A DNA stretch of 22,736 nt from the NCBI GenBank assembly GCA_963712115.1, contig CAVQGX010000005.1, positions 1 through 22,736 of the forward strand, given 5' to 3'. The notes beneath the pieces were generated by a model. That model did no database searches and was not told the origin of the DNA. It saw nothing but the letters and a program-made list of their open reading frames with translations. Within the stretch, counting starts at the first letter, position 1. Each line of letters opens with the position of its first letter. The translations under genes and the position numbers were made by a program. Source of the stretch: an uncultured delta proteobacterium. Lineage in GTDB: Bacteria; Desulfobacterota; Syntrophobacteria; BM002. Shown here one piece after another: positions 16,727 through 22,736 of this stretch.

Positions 16727-18016
16727 ATGAGGCACACGATGAGTTCATACAACAAGAAAAAGATGATCCTATCCATCCTTATAATCCTGATGTTGTGGTC
16801 CATAGCTTTGCTCCTAGGATTAGGATATCGAGACGTCTCTGCTTTTTTCCAAGGACAGGCGGAGGCCTCTGTGAGTCGTGTGGGGCATTTGAACGAAAAG
16901 AAACTTTGGCCTCCCTTGCAACGCCTCTTGGGAGCCCAAGTGCTTACTCTCAAATGTAAAAACTATGATGAGGTGGAACAGAGCATTGTAGATCTCAGGG
17001 AGGCAGGCGTTAATACTTTAATTGTTCGTGCATTTCAAAACCGCGGCGACACATTTCATCATTTTGCTAGTCCGCGATGTCAGGCAGGGGTCTATTTTGA
17101 AACCGAACACGGGGAGGTCGTGGACCCGATGTTAACACGACTTGTCTCTATTGCGCACCGACATGATCTTAAAGTGTTTGCTTGGATGGAGACACGGAAG
17201 ATGCCCCTTAGGTTGACTAATCCTGAAAGGGCCCAAGCAGTGCGTTATGATTTCGCCCAAAAAACCTTTGAACTAATACCTATGTGGAGCATCTTTGCCG
17301 AGGAGGTCCAGAGGAGCCTTATGGCACTCTACCAGGATGTGGCGAGAACAGGAATCGATGGAATCTTGGTTCAGGATGATTTAGTCATGTACCAGTATGA
17401 AGACTTCTATCCAGAAGCAGTATCACTGTTTGAGAGGGAAACAGGCAAGGTGCTCAGCCCGAAGACGCTCTACCTTTCGATTTTCAAAAGTCCTAAAGGA
17501 CGCTGGTTCGTACGCAATTACTCATACAACTTCTGGAGATGGTCACGCTGGAAAAATCAAAAACTTCTAGACTTAGCACGCAACCTCATCAGAGCTACCA
17601 GGGAAGTCAATCCAAACATAAAGTTCGCCCTCAACTTCATGTACGAGTCGGTAACCGACCAGGACAACGCCCTGGCATGGTTGTCTCAGGATCTTGAGGC
17701 GGCCATGAGACTCCCAATCGACTTCTATGCCATAATGGCCTACCACAGACAAATCAAAAAGGAGCTACATCTGAGCGATGAGGAAACCTATGAAAAAATC
17801 GCCAGCATGACAGCAAGACTCCTGCGGGTGATTGATGATCCCAGTAAGATCTTAATGAAAATACAGGTAAAGGATTGGGATACTCGCAAACAGATACCCT
17901 CCATTGAAATAGATGAGGTCCTTAGGAGGATAGATAGTCAAAATCAAATCAGCCTCGCTTTCGTACCCTACTCCGGCAGACATTCTCTTGAAGTGATCAG
18001 CCGCTATTTTCGATGA
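16727..18016 (+). CDS. PgaB C-terminal-like (GH153/GHL13-type) glycoside hydrolase, membrane anchored
   Basis: GVYF, KVFAWM, LYQDVA, IDGILVQDD, AWLSQD and AIMAY parallel the PgaB/HmsF C-terminal barrel. N-terminal TM helix; start uncertain. Confidence 0.75.
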   Translation: MRHTMSSYNKKKMILSILIILMLWSIALLLGLGYRDVSAFFQGQAEASVSRVGHLNEKKLWPPLQRLLGAQVLTLKCKNYDEVEQSIVDLREAGVNTLIVRAFQNRGDTFHHFASPRCQAGVYFETEHGEVVDPMLTRLVSIAHRHDLKVFAWMETRKMPLRLTNPERAQAVRYDFAQKTFELIPMWSIFAEEVQRSLMALYQDVARTGIDGILVQDDLVMYQYEDFYPEAVSLFERETGKVLSPKTLYLSIFKSPKGRWFVRNYSYNFWRWSRWKNQKLLDLARNLIRATREVNPNIKFALNFMYESVTDQDNALAWLSQDLEAAMRLPIDFYAIMAYHRQIKKELHLSDEETYEKIASMTARLLRVIDDPSKILMKIQVKDWDTRKQIPSIEIDEVLRRIDSQNQISLAFVPYSGRHSLEVISRYFR

Positions 18017-18043
18017 ATACCAAAGTTGTCCATCGTACTGCAG

Positions 18044-18200
18044 ATTGCATATATCCCCACTTTTGCCATTTAAGACCAAGCTACAATATCTTGGTTTAAT
18101 CTAAGAAAATGCGGAGTTTTTGGCTCCGCTTTTTTCTTCTCAACATCTTGTGCCTGAGCTTTCTGATGGGGAAACTGTGAATTAAGGGATGGTATCTACA
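18044..18200 (+). repeat. Split site: deleted B (18044-18059), M (18082-18095), GCGGAG hairpin (18111-18135), M (18139-18152), A (18176-18200)
   Basis: ATTGCATAT---------ATCCCCA CTTTTG, TACAATATCTTGGT, CTCAACATCTTGTG and TGTGAATTA AGGGATG GTATCTACA, with conserved spacings. Confidence 0.85.
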
Positions 18201-18454
18201 GGTTTGCTCCCTCCTTTTTGACCCAGCCAATTAATCGAAAATGGTGGTTTTTCGTGTTGACACATCTCTGCTTCTTATTTCACCCTTATGTGATTGTTCC
18301 CCATCACCTTAGCTTTTCTTCTCCTCGGACCTGCAATCACCTAAGATGCTATAAGTAATTAATAAATTACTTTAGCTTTGTTTTGTTAATATATATATTT
18401 TAGGCACTTAAATTACCATAGATGGCCATATAGTTACCTACACAACTGCTAAGA

Positions 18455-18470
18455 TGGTCTAATCTTTGCA
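18455..18470 (+). promoter_or_regulatory. Putative sigma54 promoter
   Basis: TGGTCTAATCTTTGCA, GG-N10-GC, 45 bp before the ATG at 18516. Confidence 0.5.
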
Positions 18471-18515
18471 TGTACTTTTGTGGCAATATGGCTAACTATA
18501 CGGTACCAATGCACC

Positions 18516-19049
18516 ATGAATCAGAAAAGAAAAAGCTACAACACCACTCTCAGGGCTGACCTAACCAGACGGCTCCGCATCCTCGCAGCCCAGAGGAGCA
18601 AGCGGCACAATGATCTTCTGGAAGAGGCTATACAAGACCTTTTAACCAAATATGAAAAATATGAAAAAGACTCCCAAGTACCGACTCTTAGTCCAGTCCC
18701 TAAAGCAGAAAGGCGCGAGCATCCTAGAGCTGAAGTATCATGGCCTGTAAGTATGATTACCGCTCAAGGCTTATTTCAAGGAGAAATCAAAGATATCAGC
18801 AAAGGTGGTGCACTCATCCAATGTACAGAACTGCCCAAAACAGATGAGCCCCTTGAATTAAGCATTGAGATAACCGACCACCTTTTAAGCATATCAGCCA
18901 CCGTGGAAAAGGTTAGGCTAAATCTTGATGATAGTGACAAAGCCCTTCCTTCATATGATATGGCTGTCCGCTTTCTGGGAATTGAGGCTGACCAAAGTAA
19001 ACATCTGTTCAATGCTATTGAACACAAAACCCGAACAATTGCCATTTAA
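18516..19049 (+). CDS. Ribbon-helix-helix - PilZ fusion protein (PilZ 8)
   Basis: N-terminal RKSYNTTLRADLTRRLRILAA...NDLLEEAIQDLL has RHH pattern. C-terminal REHPR, DISKGG and MAVRF motifs. Confidence 0.85.
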   Translation: MNQKRKSYNTTLRADLTRRLRILAAQRSKRHNDLLEEAIQDLLTKYEKYEKDSQVPTLSPVPKAERREHPRAEVSWPVSMITAQGLFQGEIKDISKGGALIQCTELPKTDEPLELSIEITDHLLSISATVEKVRLNLDDSDKALPSYDMAVRFLGIEADQSKHLFNAIEHKTRTIAI

Positions 19050-19077
19050 GATCTATAGAGTATCATTCAAAGAACAC

Positions 19078-19153
19078 AGCGGAGTCCTTGGCTCCGCTTT
19101 TTTCTTCTCAACATTTTGTGCCAGTGTCAAGACCAGCCAAAGTTTAAATTAAG
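19078..19153 (+). repeat. GCGGAG hairpin, M box (19107-19120) and left part of A site (19143-19153) split by ISL3
   Basis: GCGGAG..GGCTCCGCTTTTTTCTTCTCAACATTTTGTGCC is nearly identical to 18111-18154. Confidence 0.88.
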
Positions 19154-20500
19154 GGTTCTTCTCCCAATTAGTTGTATATATAGGTAAAAGTGGGCTGGTT
19201 CATCAAAACAGAATGGACATCCGGTAACTCCTAGAAGTATATGGTTTAACGACCAAGACAAACCCTATACAAAGGAGGCCTGCGATGTCCTTGCCCACTA
19301 TAGCAGCTTATTTTCCTTTTCGTCGAATCAAAATTGTCAATCAGGCGGTTACACCCGAGGCTAGCGAAGCTCACATCCAGGTACAGCCGGACAAGCGCTT
19401 TCAGCCCATCTGCCATGGATGCGGCCAGAGGGCTTGCGGTGTTCACAGCTGGAGTCGGCGCAAAGTTCGGGATCTGCACCTTGCCAGTGCTCGGCTGTGG
19501 CTCACCTGTCAATATCGCAAGGTGTTTTGTGCTCACTGTCAAGGCATCCATATCGAGGATTTAGAGCTGTTTCACCCTTATCTTCGGATGACAAATCGAT
19601 TGGCCCTTTATGTTTATCAGCTGTGCCAGTTTATGACCGTATCCGAGGTGGCTCGACACCTGGGTCTGAATTGGAAAACGGTTAAAGCCATCGACAAGTT
19701 TTGTTTGGAACGCGATTATGGTCAACTCGACTACCAGGGCCTGCACATTTTAGCTGTGGACGAAATCTCCATCCGAAAAGGTCAGCGCTACTTGACCATT
19801 GTATTGGACTATCTCAGTGGCCGCGTGGTCTTTGTCGGCAAAGAGCGCAAGGCCAAAACTCTGGAGAGGTTTTTCAATAAGTTGAATGGCAAGCAGCGTA
19901 AAGCCATTGAGGCAATTGTCATGGATATGTGGGACCCGTATATCAAAGCCGTTAAAAAAAACTGCCTCAGGCTAAGATCGTCTTCGATCTGTTCCACGTC
20001 GTGGCCAATCTTAACCTGATTATAGATAAGGTCAGAAACAGCGAATATCGCAAGGCCTCCGAACAGGACAAGGCTGTCTACAAAGGTGCAAGGTACCTGC
20101 TGCTCAAAAACCGCAAAAACGTGCGACGCAGAACTCATCGACAACAACTCAAAGAGCTGCTGGAGTTAAACCAAGTAATCAATACGGTGATGATTCTTAA
20201 GGAAAAGCTCAAACACATATGGACCTATCGATCAAAGACATGGGCTAGCAAGGCTATCGATCACTGGTGCGAACTGGCCCGGTCCTTAAATCACCCATCG
20301 GTGACAGGCTTTGCCCGGATGTTAGAACGATATCGATACGGCATCCTCAATCACTGTGATTATCCTATCCACACCGGAAAGCTGGAAGGGGTGAATAACA
20401 AAATCAAAGTCATCAAACGTAAAGCCTACGGATATCATGACTTGCGATACTTTACGCTGAAAATCTATCAAGCTTTCTTCAACTAATTGGGAGAAGAACC
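19154..20500 (+). mobile_element. ISL3-family insertion sequence inserted in an A site
   Basis: 21-bp terminal IR GGTTCTTCTCCCAATTAGTTG and 8-bp TSD AAATTAAG (19146-19153, 20501-20508). Confidence 0.93.
19285..20486 (+). CDS. ISL3-family transposase, split by a -1 frameshift at A8 (19954-19961)
   Basis: CHGC/CAHC zinc finger, AVDE, MDMW and EGVNNKIK motifs. The -1 frame restores LPQAKIVFDLFH. Confidence 0.9.
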
Positions 20501-20522
20501 AAATTAAGGGATGTAATACAAA
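20501..20522 (+). repeat. Right part of IS-split A site (AAATTA AGGGATG TAATACAAA)
   Basis: Rejoining across ISL3 gives TTTAAATTA AGGGATG TAATACAAA. Confidence 0.88.
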
Positions 20523-20838
20523 GTCCGCTCCCACCATCCATGCTGCCCACCTCACCTTCGCCCTAGTTGGTCAGGAGGTATTTTTTCTCTTGCATCCTGA
20601 TGCACAAGGCCGAATAATTCAACTAGTTAAGATCCTTATAGAAGTTTCATAAATCGTATATAGTTTCTATTTTTTTCTTCTGACCATGCTGACTTAGTTG
20701 AATTGCACATTACACCTATTCGTCTGTGTCCAGTCCACTCCTTTTGGGAGTTGTCGAGAAGAACCGTTGAAGTGGAAGTATCGTCAACGAAAAAGAACCT
20801 CAACCTAACCTACAGGGCAGTATTGAAAGGAGGAAGTT

Positions 20839-21468
20839 ATGCAGAACAGGAAACAATTGATGATTGTGTTGACGACCTTGTTGGTAATTATGGCCTCAGC
20901 TGTCTCATTACCAGGAGTGATTAGTGCAGGTGATCTGGAGCCACCGCCGGAAGCAGTAGATGGGTCTGGCAACCCTGTGTCAACGATGAAAACTCTGGAC
21001 CAAATCCGGCCCACTTGGAGCCAGAAGCTAAGAGCTGATGATGGCGATCCTGTCACAGGCTGTGGTTCTAGCCGGTTTGAGTGTGTGATGGACGGCCAGG
21101 CAGTGTTGGACAAGGAAACCGGGCTTGTGTGGGAGCGCAGTCCGGATGACACACTCAGAAAGTGGTCTGCTGCTATAAGTCATTGCTACGAGAGGGAGGT
21201 GGCCAATCGTAAAGGGTGGCGGCTTCCCACGGTAGAGGAGTTGGCCAGCTTAGTAGACAATGATAACTCGAATCCGCCCCTACCCACCGACCACCCTTTC
21301 AGCAACGTGCAGTCGGACTTCTACTTGTCGTCTACTACCTACAGAAACGACACCACCAGCATGCTTGCCATCCAGTTCACCGGTGGCCTCGTGCAGGTCG
21401 GCACTAAGAGTACCGCCTACGGCTATGAGTGGTGTGTGCGAGGCGGATACGGGTATGACGCTTATTGA
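20839..21468 (+). CDS. Secreted DUF1566 (Lcl C-terminal-like) domain protein
   Basis: GGAGG RBS and signal peptide. VLDKETGLVWE, GWRLPTVEELASL and WCVRG motifs. Confidence 0.88.
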   Translation: MQNRKQLMIVLTTLLVIMASAVSLPGVISAGDLEPPPEAVDGSGNPVSTMKTLDQIRPTWSQKLRADDGDPVTGCGSSRFECVMDGQAVLDKETGLVWERSPDDTLRKWSAAISHCYEREVANRKGWRLPTVEELASLVDNDNSNPPLPTDHPFSNVQSDFYLSSTTYRNDTTSMLAIQFTGGLVQVGTKSTAYGYEWCVRGGYGYDAY

Positions 21469-21554
21469 TTTGATGAACTGAGTGATTTGGCACCTTTTAT
21501 TGGATGTAAGACGCGAATCGCTCCCGAAATTTTTAGAAAGGGGTAAAAAGACCC

Positions 21555-22645
21555 ATGATATACAAAAAAATATGCAAGTTGCTTTTTGTAATCATTCTGC
21601 TCCTCTTTCCAACGGCTGCCTTTGCTGAAAACATCGACCCGAACAATGACAACTCACAGTTCGCTTATGGGGAGAATGTGGGATGGTGTAGCTTAGAACC
21701 TGGAGGTAATGGTGGTCTTGGACTAGAGGTGGCTAGTTCTGGAGTGACTGGCTACATGTATTGCGAGAACATAGGGTGGGTCAACTTCCGCCCCACCAGT
21801 GGCAGTGGAGTTAATATTGACCCAAACAATGGTGAGTTAAGCGGTTTTGCGTGGAGTGAGAACGGTGGGTGGGTCAACTTCCGCCCCACTACTGGCGGTG
21901 GAGTTAATATTGACCCAAACAATGGTGAGTTCAGTGGCTTTGCATGGGCTGAGAACTTCGGATGGATTAATTTTGCTCCGACTAGTGGCGGAGTAACGAC
22001 TTCATGGACTCCATCTGTAGACACTGGCGGCGATGGCATAGAGGACGATTCTGACAACTGCCCAGCCGTGGCGAACCCAGTGCAAGAGGATTATGAAGAC
22101 GACGGTGTGGGCGATTTCTGTGACAATTGCCCTGGCATGTCAAATCCGACCCAAATCAATGCGGACAAAGATAGCTTTGGCGATGCCTGTGACAACTGTC
22201 CGACTGTGGCCAACGATGACTAGGCCAATAACGATACTGACAAGGCTGGCGATGTTTGCGATGAAGACGACGACAACGACACCGTCCTTGATGCAGACGA
22301 TAACTGCCCGTTCGTGGCAATTCAGATCAGGTTGACTCTGACGGTGATGGCATAGGAAACGCCTGTGATGATGATACTTATGGTGACGGTATTTCAGACT
22401 TGGACGATCGGTGTCCAGAAACTGCAATAGGAACGGTTGTAAACGCTAATGGGTGCAGTGGCGAACAGCTCGTAGATTTAGATTGCCCGTGTGAGATTGA
22501 ACCAGCCTGGAAAAATCACGGCCAGTATGTATCCTGTGTTGCTCATGCCGCAGAAGACCAGTTAACGGCTGGGCTGATCACTCAGGCAGAAAAAGATGCC
22601 ATCGTGTCAGCACGTGCCAAAAGCGGTTGTGGCAAAAAGAAGTAA
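21555..22645 (+). pseudogene. Secreted protein with GxAWxENxGWxNF repeats and thrombospondin type 3 Ca-binding repeats, disrupted
   Basis: Signal peptide and DNCP..N..Q.D.D.DG.GD.CD repeats. In-frame TAG at 22221 and a 1-bp frameshift near 22319, after which the repeats continue to the stop at 22645. Confidence 0.85.
21774..21956 (+). repeat. Intragenic 93-bp tandem duplication
   Basis: GGGTGGGTCAACTTCCGCCCCAC..GGAGTTAATATTGACCCAAACAATGGTGAGTT at 21774 and 21867. Confidence 0.9.
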
Positions 22646-22667
22646 GATAGACACTCATTGATTCAAT

Positions 22668-22700
22668 AAAGGCGGGGCCAACAATGGGCCCTGCCTTTTT
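22668..22700 (+). terminator. Rho-independent terminator
   Basis: AAAGGCGGGGCC-AACAATG-GGCCCTGCCTTTTT. Confidence 0.8.
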
Positions 22701-22711
22701 CTTTTGGAGAT

Positions 22712-22736
22712 TGGATATATCATACTTTAATTCACA
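22712..22736 (+). repeat. B-type 25-bp site (TGGATATAT CATACTT TAATTCACA)
   Basis: Its reverse complement TGTGAATTAAAGTATGATATA matches the window start TGTGAATTAAGGGATGATATA at 19/21. Confidence 0.92.

Noticed and set aside
1088-22427. Numerous short antisense or overlapping ORFs in the track (e.g. 1303-1668, 2133-2384, 7525-7911, 11008-11499, 12436-12780, 19809-20147)
   Set aside because: They are shadows of better-supported genes or span the repeat sites, with no recognisable motifs.
1-22736. Single Tn7/Mu-like transposon defined by TGT...ACA window ends
   Set aside because: The same motifs recur internally many times. There are no tns/tni genes and no tandem TnsB-type sites, and internal copies show conserved sequence extending outward to M.
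1-22736. CRISPR array
   Set aside because: Repeats are separated by whole genes at irregular distances, and there are no cas genes.

Overview
Accessory bacterial DNA. The PilZ expansion and many sigma54-type promoters suggest a deltaproteobacterial/Desulfobacterota host (inference only). The window is organised as an array of small gene modules punctuated by a repeated, symmetric, three-part DNA site of about 107 bp. The parts are B (25 bp, N9-CATACTT-TAATTCACA), about 22 bp, M (14-bp quasi-palindrome CACA-ACATCT-TGTG), about 22 bp, and A (25 bp, TGTGAATTA-AGGGATG-N9). The window starts exactly at an A copy and ends exactly at a B copy. It contains complete sites (2203-2309, 12202-12309), B-M half-sites and M-A half-sites, all in one orientation. 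This looks like an integron-like cassette array or tandem-integration platform that uses neither attC nor dif sites. No intact recombinase is encoded in the window, only a short integrase-like N-terminal remnant. The cargo is dominated by c-di-GMP and surface functions: eight PilZ genes (one fused to a ribbon-helix-helix domain), a degenerate GGDEF protein, three copies of an unrecognised RKGQ-x-(I/V)H domain, and a PgaB-C-terminal-like glycoside hydrolase. It also includes an AraC regulator, lipoproteins, DUF2914, DUF1566 and a TSP3-repeat pseudogene. Three IS elements (IS1380 deletion derivative, IS3 family, ISL3 family) are present, and two of them sit inside the repeated sites.
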